Source: Spirogloea muscicola
Taxonomy: Eukaryota
Length of the DNA stretch: 64,000 nucleotides
Direction: 5' to 3'
Assembly (NCBI GenBank): GCA_009602725.1
Contig: WELB01000022.1
Location: 18,288-82,287 of the forward strand
Positions 50,640 to 61,989 of the stretch are shown here, piece by piece. The position numbers were made by a program, and so were the translations under genes. Below the pieces are notes generated by a model. The model did not search any database, was not told the origin of the DNA, and saw only the letters and a program-made list of their open reading frames with translations. The first letter of the stretch is position 1, and every line of letters starts with the position of its first letter.

Positions 50640-51430
50640 TGTACTTACTTACGGGCTGGCCAATCACAGCCATCGCCCCCTTGTGTGCAAGAATACTCCC
50701 GATAAAGTGCCTGGACGGGGTCCGAACGAGCTGCTGAAGCCTTCTCCTGCGTGCTATCCGCTTTCCATCTTTTGAGGGCCTTGTCCAAGCTACTTATCCT
50801 TAAGCTTCTCGGTCACAATCATCGCCTTGCTTTGGAGGAGCTCTGTCTCTTAGGCTGGCCTCTTACAGCCATCGCCTTGCATCACAAGAGCTGTTTCGCC
50901 AGACGAGATGTAGCTCATCACAGTGAGGCGAAGGCTGCAGAGGGCCAGCCCCCAGAACAAGCAGCTGTAGCTCTTCCATGGCCTGTTCGTTACCTTTGGG
51001 CTGGCCTCTCACAGCCATCTCCTTACTTCTGGAGTTGCTGTGTCCTTTTGGGCTGACCAATCACAGCCATCGCCCTACTGAAAGAATCCCTCACACTTTT
51101 GGGCTGGCCTTTCGCAGCCATCGCCTGACACTGGTGAGGCTGATTTCTTTCCCCATTTGAGTCGCCGTGTGCGAAAACACCTCTTCAGATCGAAGGCCAA
51201 GGGCTGCGAAGGAAAGGAGAGGGCCAACAAGAGAGCTACTCTTTCCTTTGTCCTTTGAGCTGGCCTTTTCCCAGCCACTACCCTTGAATTGGAAGAGCTT
51301 CCTCGTTTACTCCTCTATTTCCAGTAGAAGAAGCTCGCCCAGTAGAAGAAGGTGGCTGGGGGAAAAAGGTACAGCTCCTCCAGATTGACAGAGCGGCTGT
51401 GAGAGGCCAGCCCAAAGAAATGGACAAGGT
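50640..51430. repeat. Array of ~51-bp hairpin units with conserved head and variable tail
   Basis: GGGCTGGC....CACAGCCATCGCC at 50653, (50802 degenerate), 50852, 50998, 51050, 51101 and 51257; reverse copies at ~50933 and 51395. Confidence 0.85.
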
Positions 51431-51494
51431 CTGAGAGGGCCGGAAGGCGCAGAAAAGCAGGATACTAGTCTCTAAGACGTCAGCAAGTCGGCTC

Positions 51495-51800
51495 TCAGTA
51501 ACCTCTAGTCAGTGATTGCAAGTCTGAATGACTAGAGGGCGGAAAAAGCGTCGCTCTGACAAAGCCGGATGCAGCAGCCAAGGCACGCGGCAAAGGCTGC
51601 AGGGACGGTTGCCCTCTGAACCTTTGTGAATTCTTTTTGGGCTGGCTTTTCGCAGCCCTTGCCCCCATTGGGAGTGCCACTTCTTCTTCTTGTTGCCAGG
51701 TGCATCCTGAACACAATAGACTGGACAAGGTCCAAGTAGAAGAAAGTCCAAGTAGTAGAGGGCCTCTGTTTTCTTGGCAATGGCTGTGAGGGCCAACCAG
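51495..51800. mobile_element. Retroelement ORF end (-) plus family-type hairpin units
   Basis: RALAAASG..SDLQSLTRGY* (51495-51600). 51615-51690 is nearly the exact reverse complement of 36708-36782. Confidence 0.8.
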
Positions 51801-52059
51801 CCCGGCGAGAGTGACGCAGAAAGTGGCTGTACCAAGAGGAGGGCCGTGAGCAGCCAGCCCGACAAGAGTGGGCAGAGTCCGAGAGTGACGAGGTGACGAG
51901 GGACGAGGGAGGGGGCCCAGGCGGCGAGGGCCCCGAGCGGCGGGCTGGGGTGGCCGTGAAGACGGGCCCGGGCCATCTTGGGAGCCAGAAGTCCGCAGAG
52001 CCAGTTCGCGCGCCCCACCCCTGCCCCCTCCGCCCGCGCCGCCCGCCATGACCCCGCCN

Positions 52060-52297
52060 GAATCGCATTGTGATGCCAGTGGCAAGTGAGAGAGCCGCTC
52101 GCCTGTGTGCAGCGGTAGTAGCTCCGCAGGTGGCCTGGCTCGCCGATAATGGGCTTCTGGCCGTACTTCCGCCAGCTGTAGCCGTCCATGAGGGGGTTGA
52201 AGCCGTGGAACGGCGGCGGCGGGGAGCTGCCTGCCGCCGGCGGGGACGTCGCCGACGCCCGCCCTGGCCCCTCTCCCCGCCGCCATAGCCCCGCCAT
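52060..52297 (-). pseudogene. WRKY: WRKY transcription factor 5' fragment, broken at N 52059
   Basis: [40 protein letters not shown]. The second Cys and HxH of the zinc finger are not clearly present. Possible GC donor (CAG|GCGAG) after RCTQ. Confidence 0.8.
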
Positions 52298-52329
52298 CGC
52301 CTGGCCCCAAGCCCCCAGCCCCGAGCCCC

Positions 52330-52354
52330 AAACCCTAACCCTAGCCCTGAGCCC
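52330..52354 (+). promoter_or_regulatory. Telobox / degenerate telomeric repeats
   Basis: AAACCCTAACCCTAGCCCTGAGCCC, 9-33 nt upstream of the TRB ATG. Confidence 0.65.
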
Positions 52355-52362
52355 GCCGCCCC

Positions 52363-55178
52363 ATGGGCGTGCTGAAGCAGAAGTGGACGACGGAGGAGGA
52401 GGCGGCGCTCAAGGCGGGCGTGGACAAGTACGGGCCCGGCAAGTGGCGCGCCATCCAAAAGGACGCCAAGCTCGGGCCCTTCCTCACCCAGCGCTCCAAC
52501 GTCGACCTCAAGGTGCGCCCCGCCCCGCTCTCCCGCCCCAGCTCCCGGAGTGCAGCAGCCGACGACCGACTTGCGGCTCGGGAGCTCCTTGGCCGAGCAG
52601 GGCACTGCAGCTGCGCTCTGCACGCCGCGATTGCGCCTCACCTGCGGGACCGGTACCTCCGCTTCGGTGTCCTGTGGGGGGGCTGGCCAGGACAAGTGGC
52701 GCAACATGTGCGTGGCGCCCGGGCTCGCGCTGCCCAAGTCTTCGAGGGACGAGCGGAGCCATGGCAGAGGTCGTCCGTGGCTTCGCCCCCCTTCCAGTGG
52801 CCCTGTGCTCAACAGCCTGACGCTGAGAGCGTCTTGTCTGCGCAGTCACTCTCATTACCGTCCGCAGGTACTTGACATAACTGCTGTTTGCTCTTTTCGG
52901 CTTGCAGCTCGGAGCTCTGAGACGAGCACAGTAGAGAAGGTGCCAGCTGGTGATATTGAGGGCCGAGGTCGCGTGAAAGGAAAGGCGCTAGCACGTGCCA
53001 GCTCCAAAGCGTACGTAGCTTACCTCGCTGATCTCCCCTCTAGCCAGCGTCCAGATTGTAGGGTCAGGGAGCAGGATGCCGATGCAGATCAGGAGTTTCC
53101 CTCGAGGATAAGCTCACTGTGGACCAGAGGCCACTCGCCCGGCAAGCGGTGGGGTGCTCCAGAAGTTGCAAGCCAGGGGTCTTCAAGCCTTGCCTCCAAG
53201 CCACGATGCTGCTGATGCTGGACTTGGTGCAGTGAGAGTGGTCAGGCCAATTTCACAAAGTGCTGTGCAGGGATTGACACTGTGACATTTATTCCAATGT
53301 ACACAGGCATGCGGAGTTCTTGGTTGAGGCAATTCTAGCCCTGGATGAGCCAGAGGGTTCCAGCCTCACTAGCATCGTCCAATGGGTAGAGGTGAGCAAG
53401 ACATTTGCTGGTTTGGTTCCTGCTTCTTGAGCTTAGGACATTGCGCATTTGCTTGTGCCCTGTTGTTGTGCCACTCCTACTGGTACGAATGGTAGGTGAA
53501 GTGCACCTCTCAGACTAAGACGGAAAGTGGGTGTTCTGAAATCAGGAGAACAAGCCAGTCTCGGCCACCAACAACATCAAAAAGCTGCTGCAGTCTGGCT
53601 TGAAGGCACTCACAGAGGAGGGCAAAGTAGTCAAAGTGATTATTCTTCACAATGCACCTGCCTCTCTGCACTACACTGGCAGTGCATCATGTAGCTTCAC
53701 TGGCGATTGGCAATCCACCCCTTCAATAGCATCTTGTCTAGATGTTGTTGGAGTATGGAATTCGTTGCAGACATGTTGAAAACCATGTGGATGCGGATAC
53801 TCTTTGCGAAGTTGTTCGTATTCATTGATCAGTTGAGGCGTCTGCGACTCTCACTTCCTTGCAGGCACGGCAAAATTACAAGCTTCACGAGGACTATGCT
53901 CTATCAAGGGCATTGAAGAAGCCCAGGCTTGATGCTGACAGGTCCAGGCTGGTGGTCCAGCATGGCAGTGATGGTGTGGCGAAAGTGAAGAAAGATGTCA
54001 GCAAGAAGAGCAGGTTGTGACCTTCATTTCTACTGCATGCTGTTGGGTCTGGCCCGTGTCAAGCCGGGCATCCTCACATTGCAGATCTTCTACCTCATTG
54101 CTTACCTCCTAGTGATACGATTATGGCTTGTTCAAGTACATACATGATCCATGAAGTAGGTAGTGTTTTCATGATTGCAAACTGTGTAGTATGATGCAGA
54201 AAGGTCGTGCACCAGTGTGCACACCTTGCTGCTCTGTGCTAATGTCCTGAAGCAGTAAGCAATGAGGGCGCATCAAACTAGTCTGTTTGCAGCTTCTTAT
54301 ACAAGCTTGGATGTGCCCAGGTTGGAGGAGGATGTAGCACAGGCGAGCTTGAGGACAGTGGAGGAAGCCGCGCTTGTGGCTGCCCAGGTGCCCGCTTTGC
54401 CTCTGTCATTGCAATCCCATGCCTGGCCATGCCTTGATTTGACGCAATATGATCGTCTTACTTTGATATCTCTACTTGAGATGCTGACTAAACACCCGCT
54501 GCTCTCTCTTGACCAAGGTGTACTGTGTCCATTACCCAACGCAGTCTGCTTGTAGACGATTGTAATGCGCTGGTCAGATTAACGTGCTCTCAAGGGAGCA
54601 GAACTTTCACTCTTTTGATCTTTGCAGGCAGTTGCAGAGGCAGAGGAGGCCGCAGCAGCTGCTGAGCTGGCTGCTCGGGAGGCCGAGGCAGCAGAGGCAG
54701 AGGCTGCAGGTCAGTGGCTGTACCTGCCAGCTGACCACGCAATGGGTGCTCCATGCTACCTTCATACGTGCCGCAAGCCAGTTCTGTGTTGTTTGCGTCC
54801 ACAAGAAAGTTATCTGGTCTTGGTGTCGGGGACCTGTTTATCCCTTTCAGCGCGATCTGCTCTGTCAAGTGATAGAGGTCCTTGAGGGTGCTTCATTCTT
54901 ACTCTACAGTGCCACTTCTGGCCCCTCGCCAAGTTGGTGGATGGCAACGGAGCATGCGTAGCAAGTCTGTTGAGGTCGGCTTGCACTGAATTAGCAAATG
55001 TGACGTGCGACTGATTGACTTGCTCTTTCTGTGACCAGCTGCCGAGGCTGCAGCAGAAGCAGCGGCGGCAGCAGTTCGGCCTCCAAAAAAGCGAGCGACA
55101 GCAGCAGGAGCCAGCAGTCCTGCTGTTGCACCCTCCATGGCTATGCAAGTCGCGACTCCCAAGCCAGTCCAAGTGTGA
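52363..55178 (+). CDS. TRB: Telomere repeat-binding factor (single-Myb-histone: Myb + H1/H5 + coiled coil); multi-exon
   Basis: [45 protein letters not shown]1/5 domain [36 protein letters not shown]. Coiled coil [35 protein letters not shown]. Stop at 55178. Confidence 0.95.
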
Positions 55179-56329
55179 GGGACCTCCACAGGTCGAACTT
55201 GTATAGACAGCAGCAGTTAAAGGGCCAGACCAACAGAAAGTTGTCCGACATCATCGCCAAGCAAGGTCCTGAGCCACGGGCAGGTTGGAGAAGCTGCCAA
55301 TACCGACCGCCATTGTCGGTGCAGCCTGTCATGCCCGCGGGGGTAGCCAGCCTCTCACACACACCAGCAAGCAAAGTGCCAGGAGTTGGCAGCTTGCCAA
55401 GTAGGCAGGAGAACGAGACTCGTGCATGAAGCAGCTTGCTGAAGCGGTGTGACACGCAGGCGAGCCTCAGGCAGGTCAGTGCTTGCCGACCAAGAGGCTA
55501 AGCTGTGCCGGTCGTGACAATGGTAGTTGGCTGTGAAGAGCCTGGCAGTGGAGTACATGCTAGCATGGCCTTGCCAGCACCAGCACGTGCGAGGGGCCTC
55601 AGTTGCCCTGCAGCGTTGCGTGCCAACTTGCTCCTTGGCTGCTGGAACTCCTGACCCCCTCGGTTTCTGCCGTCCCTTAATGGGGAATGTACACAGAGTA
55701 CGGAAAAATGAGTGTAGTCATGTGAATTTCAGTGGGGCATGGGTGTTGACTAAGTTGGCAGCAGATTGCCTGGTCAATCCCCATTGGTATCGTGAATGGG
55801 GCAGCCTTTGTGCCGGGGGCTCAGCAGATGATCACAGAGCTGGGGGCCATGCTGCAGCAGAGTGGGGCCCTGCAGAGTGCCAACTTCATTGGGTGCATGC
55901 GCAGGCCAGCAGGACCGATCACAGTGATGCATGCCACAGGACGGGGCCTGAAATTCCCGCAGTCTTCACCATCCTGCAAGAAGCCGTGCGTGCCATGCGT
56001 GCCGGTGGGTGCTTTGACAGGCCAGCCCAATGCAAAAATGAACGGACAAGGATCACTCCTTCAACTTGGGCTCTGAGGCAAGGGGTGGCAACCAGGCTCT
56101 AGCCATGCATCAGAGTGCTGGGCGCGCACCAAGCCAGGCCACTGACGTGCGGGGTGGTGCTCCGGTGCCCCAGATAGTCTGGCAGATATGTCATTGCTCA
56201 CGTGTTGGGACTTCTGTCGTATTTTCGTTCTGTTGACCTTAGCCCCTCTCGAGAGTTCTACTATGCCCTTCTCACAAACAGTGCACTGGCTACTACACTG
56301 TTGGGCCTCCCTCTCCTTTCGTGCATACC

Positions 56330-57600
56330 GTGCCCTCCTCTTTTGCGGGCTGGCTTTCTACAGCCCTCGCCCCCCTTCTTGGAACGACCATGGCCTTACT
56401 TTTGACTTTTGAGGAGCTGTTCCATTCTTCGCCGCTCCACAGCCAGCTTGCTCGGGAGGAAGGAACACCTCCTCCAGCGGGAGAAGCAGGAACAGCTTTG
56501 CCACTCCCTCGGGCTGGCTTCTCACAGCCACCGCCTCACAGCTGTCACTGCCAGTGTGAGGCAGTGACTGGGGCACGCCAGTCCGGAGGGGAAACAGCAC
56601 TTCCAAAGTAAGGCATGGCTGTGTGAGAGGCATCTCATTGAAGAACGACTTCTCCAATAGAGGGCGATGTCTGCACTTGGCCAGCCCAGTCAGAGGAATG
56701 AACAGAGTCCGGAGGGGCCGGAAAAGCGCTGTAGAGAAGAAGGGCTCGCCCATTGAGGATAGGGGCTGGAAAAACCAGCCCAAAAAAGAATGAGAAGTAC
56801 GAGAAGGGAGCCAGAGGAAGCGCTAAGAAAACAAAGCACACAAAGAAAGCACGCGGTGGCTCGAGTGGCCACCGGGTGCTCAATGCCCCCTGCTGAGCAG
56901 CCGCAGGTCAGAGGAACCATGTGCAAGGAGAAGAAGGAAGGGCTCGCCCATTGAGGATATGGGCTGGAACACCCAGCCCAAATAAAGAATGAGCAGGAGG
57001 AGAAGGCCTCTTCCCGCAGAGGCGCCATCCGGCCCCTCCCGACCTTGTACATACTTTTGGGCTGGCCTCACAGCCACCTGTGTATCCGGAAGCGCTGTTG
57101 CTCGATGGCTGGCAGAGGCCAGCCCAAGCAGGAGAGGAAGGCAGACTCGTCCAGGAGAGGGGGGCGGGTGCTGAGCTTCCCTAGTATGTTGTCGTGTTTG
57201 GTAGCGTAGTCCTCTTTCTTTGGCTTTGGACATTGTCCATTGATTTTGGGCTGGCTTTGCAGGGGCTACTGAGTGTCTCGTAGCAGCTTTGTTCCTGTTA
57301 CTTAGCGCTTCCCCTGGCCCCCTTCTCGTACTCTGTTCATTCTTTTTCGGGCTGGTTGTTCCAGGCCCTATTCTCAATGGGCGAGCACTTTCTTCTTTCT
57401 TCTTTGCAAGCCCCTCTTCTCGATGGGCGCGCACTTTCTTCTGTGAGCGGGCAGCCCGGAAGCCCGGAAAAAGGGGCCGAGCAAAAGGTCGGAAGGGGCC
57501 CGGAAAAGCGCAAAAGCGCACAGCCACGCGAGCGGCCAACGGGATCCCCCTGTTGAGCAGCCGCGGGTCAGCGAGGAGGAGGAGAAGCAGGGCCCGGGTG
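56330..57600. mobile_element. Nest of hairpin units and family A 3' ends in both orientations
   Basis: Hairpins at 56347, 56510, 56667, 56763, 56961, 57059, 57107, 57248 and 57348; SSDLRLLSRGH* at ~56880-56915(-). Confidence 0.85.
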
Positions 57601-58021
57601 GGTGGCGGCGGGGTCCGCCGATGGGAGGCAGGCAGCCAGTGGGGGTGGGCGAGGGCAGCCAGCAGGGAGGCGCCGAGATCGAGGGGAGAGGGCGGGAGTG
57701 GCCCACGTCCGCGGGGGCCGCGGCGCTTGCGCTCCCCCGGCGCCGCGGCGCTGTGGGCCACGAAAAAGCGCGGGAGGGCACGCGCCGGCGGCCGCGCTCC
57801 GCCGCTCGCTGCGCGCGGCCNNNNNNNNNNNNNNNNNNNNNNNNNNNNNNNNNNNNNNNNNNNNNNNNNNNNNNNNNNNNNNNNNNNNNNNNNNNNNNNN
57901 NNNNNNNNNNNNNNNNNNNNNNNNNNNNNNNNNNNNNNNNNNNNNNNNNNNNNNNNNNNNNNNNNNNNNNNNNNNNNNNNNNNNNNNNNNNNNNNNNNNN
58001 NNNNNNNNNNNNNNNNNNNNN

Positions 58022-61000
58022 CCGCCGGGCGCGGCCGCCGGCGACGGTGCGGGGGGGCGGCCGCGGGGCCAGCGGGGACGAGGACAGCGAGGAGGAGGAG
58101 GAGGAGGAGGAGGAGGGGGACGAGGAGGTCGCGGAGGAGGCGGAGGAGGCGCGGAGGCGTGACAACGCCGCGGCCTGGTCTCCGGTGGCGGCGGCAGCGG
58201 CGGCGCCGACGAGCCCGGGGGCGCGCGGCATGCGGCTGTTCGGCATCAAGGTGGAAGAGAAGCCCGAGGCGGGCGGCGGCGGCGCCCTCGACCCCACCGC
58301 CTGGACGCTGGCGCCGCAGCCGCACGTCCGGAGCTTTGCGTCCGGTCAGCCGCCGCGCAACCCCTTCTCCGCCTGGCAGCGGCCCGCCACCGCCAGCGCC
58401 GGCAGCCAGGCGGACTTCACGGCGCCGCCCTCGCTGCCGGGCCTGCACGGCGCCGCCTCGCCGGGCCTCCCAAGCGGCGGCTGTGCAACGTGGCTGGACC
58501 AGGGCGAGCGGCGCAGCCAGGAGGAGGATCCCGAGGGCCGGCCCAGCGGCCGCCCGGGCTACGGCGGCGGCGTGGCTCACGGCCCCCTGAGCGTCACGAG
58601 CCTGGCGGGCGCCGCGTGGGCGCCGGGACATGGGACAGCCGCGGGCGCCGCGAAGAGGAAGGGCAAGGAGGCCGCTGCCGAGGATGGCGCCGGGAGCAGC
58701 ACCGAGGAGGACGGGGACGACAGCGTGGCCAGGGGGCGGAGGGAGGCCCACAAGCACGAGCGCATGACCGACGGCGGCGGCAGGGAGGCGGAGGAGCAGG
58801 ACACGGCGCGGCAGGGCAAGGGGCGCCCGGATGCGGCCAGCAGGGCGGAGGGCGGCGAGGAGGAGGGGCAGAGGAGGGCGCAGATCCCTCGGCCCAGCCC
58901 GCTCGCTTGGCCGCCACTCGCCGAGGAGGCAGCGCGGCCCCTGCCGGATGCCCGAGGGACGACGGCGGCTGCAGGCGACCCAGAGGCGCGAGCGCTGCAA
59001 GCGTGGCAGGTTCGCTCGCCCGGCCTCGCATCCACGGGGTCGAGGATGGATAAAGATGGCCAGGCTCCAGCAGCCAGCGAGGCTGCAGAGGCCAGCGTAG
59101 GACCTGGGATGGAGAGGAGCGCGGAGAGGAGAGACGACGGTCAGGCGGACGTCGCCATGTGGCCAAGCATCCGAACGTACACGGGCACTTCCAGTACAGA
59201 GTCGTCGAGGGAGAGAACGTCGGGCTCGTGGCCGCTGCCGTCGCCCGCGGAGCAGCAGGTCGGCAGACAAACGTCCTCCCGGCAGGAGAGAAGCCTTGTT
59301 GTCTCAGGCTGCATGCACTTCAGGGTCCTGCCTGCATGATAACACGGACCTGCATCACAGCTGGGATGTGACAAGTACAAGAAGCATTGACGGTGTGGCT
59401 TGCTGCCTCTGCTCCAATAACAGACCAATGAATACCCGTGCAGCTTCTGCGGGAAGCGCTTCTCCACCTCTCAGGTATCACCTAGAGCTGCTCACCTCAA
59501 GTCAACTAGCTCCTGACTCCGAGTCTGCCGACGTGCTAGCGTGCACTGCTATCTATGTCATGCACAGCCACTACTTTGACCAGCGGTCATGAGCACCAAA
59601 GAGGGCACCCTTTCTGTCAGCATGTGTGCGTGCTCCGATCACTAAACGCCATGCAGCAGGTCGGGCGCTCGGCACAGGAGTACTTGATGGGCTGTCATTC
59701 ATATGTCTTGATCCTGTCAAGCAAGACAAGGTGCTTACTCACTCTTGCTGACCACGTGCAGGCACTTGGAGGTCATCAGAATGGGCACAAGAAAGAGCGG
59801 GCGCAAGTAAGCCCCGTCCTTGTGGTCCTACGCGCTGTGGAGGCAGTGTGTCATGCTGACGCCGTCTCTGCTGAAGATCAAGTGCACGACCCTTAATTGC
59901 AGGACTGACCACGTGATCGGCTGCGGCCCTGGTACGCAGGTGAAGAAGGCGAGGCAGCAGGCGTCAAGAGCAGCTGCATCGAGCCGCATGTACGGGTTCC
60001 TCTGACCAGCTCCACCCAAAGACTGGGCGGTTGCCCCGCTTGACCCTGTCTTCGAGGTCCAGGTGGCCCCCATCCTCGCAGTCATTTCCTTCGCAGGATC
60101 AAACGGGTGCTCACAAGTGCTCTTCTGCCCGCAGGCTGGCAGGGCAGTCGAGGCTGCAACCGCAGCAATCCTTCCAGCTATCTCACCACTCGTATCAGCC
60201 CCCGGCCTCGTCGCTGGGGCCACCCGGCAGCACCGAGGGCACGGCCTCGCACGTGGCGGCCGCCACAGCGATCGCCATGGTGATGACGCCTGGCATGCAG
60301 TCTTTCCGCCCGTCCTACTCGCTGCACCCGTGGTTGCCCCAGGGGACCGTCACCATGCCCGGCACAGGCGGGGGCTCATGGGTCTACGTCCCTCCGGGTG
60401 GCGCTGCCCTCGGCCACTTGGGTGCTCCGGCGATGGGGGGCCAACCGCCGCTGGGCGCGCAGCCTTTCATGGTTGGCCGAGAGGGTCCCCATCGGAGCAC
60501 ATACCCGTTCCCCCGCCCCAGCCCGTCCGCACAGGGTGAGCGCAGGCTTGCTCCAGTCAATGTTGCAGAGGTTGTTAATAAGCTCACGCTTGTCTATGGT
60601 AGAGCCAAAGGTGACGACATCTTCTCAATCCTGCCAATGTGTATCTGTTGTCCGTGCAGGGGGCCCGTCGGACGATCGCCAGACGCATGGCTCGTCCTTC
60701 ACTGGTCTCCAATCGCAGCACACGGCGCAGGAGTTCAGCTCCGAGTCCGGCCAACGCGAGCCAGTCGACAGGGCGAGGGTGGAGACCACGCAACCTTTGC
60801 CACCGCCAAGGCCGCCCCCTCCCCAGATCGACCTGCCGCTTGTCTCCCAGACCGATCGGCCGGCCGCCAGCCAGTTGGGCCGGGCGCCTTCCAACAGTGC
60901 CAACAACCCCCTGGCCCAATTTTTCGGGAACACGAGCTCGACGTGGCAGCACCTCCAGCCGACCAACAGGGCCGCAAAGCTGCTGCAGGAGCCAATGCAT

Positions 61001-61243
61001 AGCCGAGAGCACGGTGCCTCCGGTGTGGCTCTGCAGCCCGGTGGCAGCGAGCACATTCAACCCGGCAGCCGCTTCGACGTGGAGCAAGGGACGGCACGCG
61101 GAGAGAACTTGCAAGGCCGGCCTGGCCAGGCACTGGACCGTGAGCACGACACATCAACACTCGCAATTCCGCAGGAGGACTCGTCACTGCTAGACCTTCA
61201 GCTAGGGCTGGGGCCGCCCCCTTTCCCCAGAGCCCCAAGGTGA
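58022..61243 (+). CDS. Single QALGGH C2H2 zinc-finger repressor (GIS/ZFP-like); start lies at 58230 or in the upstream gap
   Basis: MRLFGIKV (RLFG repression-type motif). YPCSFCGKRFSTSQ|ALGGHQNGHKKERAQ|VKKARQQ. C-terminal EAR motif LLDLQLGL. Stop at 61243. Confidence 0.88.
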
Positions 61244-61989
61244 CGCGCATGCAGCCACTGCAGAGAGTGGAGAGTTGGGGGGCCCGCTCCTCTCCCTGAC
61301 TCTGGCTGCAGGCTTCATGCCAATCCTAGATGCACTTCAATGTAGTGCGCATACCCTTGCTTGAGGACTCCCCTACCAGCTCCGGCAGTACTGGTACTTC
61401 TGGTGCACAGAAGATGCTGTAATTGCAGATTTAATTGCTGTAAAGTGCTCCATTGTCGATGCTGAAGCTCGGCACGCTGAATCTCTCAGGAGCTCGATTG
61501 CGCCCTGCTTAGCCTTGCGCAGTCGCATGCCCGACCATCGCCACGTGGTCTGCTCAATCACGGCCGAGCATTACAGCTACGAGGCAGATGCACGAGCCGC
61601 ATACTCCATGAGGGCCCGTCCGCTTTCGTGGTTATCTAGAAGACCAGCCTCTCTCCTCAGGATTGATCCGTTGCACCTGGGGGCACTGTTGTCCAGGCTG
61701 TGCTGGCTCGCATCACCCATGCAGGTGCTTGGGCACGGCCAGTGTGACCACCGTCGTAGGACAACAAGCCAGGGCTGTTGACGGAATAGAGGCGTGGCAG
61801 GGCTTCCACACAGAGCGGCGGCTGTTGTGCAGCGAAGCCCGCTGTCCAAGGCCCCGCAGCGGGTGGTTCTCAAGAGTCTGTGCTGTGCTGTACTTGAAGG
61901 ACAGGCCCCGTCAGACCATCAGACCGCCCGGCTGCTTCCTCCCGTCCGGCTTGCCTGCACGGAAGGCATAACGCAGGGGAAGGAGCTCA

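Noticed and set aside
50640..51300. Bona fide CRISPR array
   Set aside because: Eukaryotic context, no cas genes, repeats are imperfect and occur in both orientations and dispersed, and tails share a weak motif. Kept only as CRISPR-like architecture.
55560..56200. Short ORFs downstream of TRB
   Set aside because: No domain or splice support; region contains a hairpin unit near 56013 and is probably repeat debris.
56880..59270. 796-aa minus-strand ORF and other long ORFs (47174-48772, 51532-52812, 3907-5073)
   Set aside because: Shadow ORFs of GC-rich DNA that run through N gaps or repeats; no recognisable domains.
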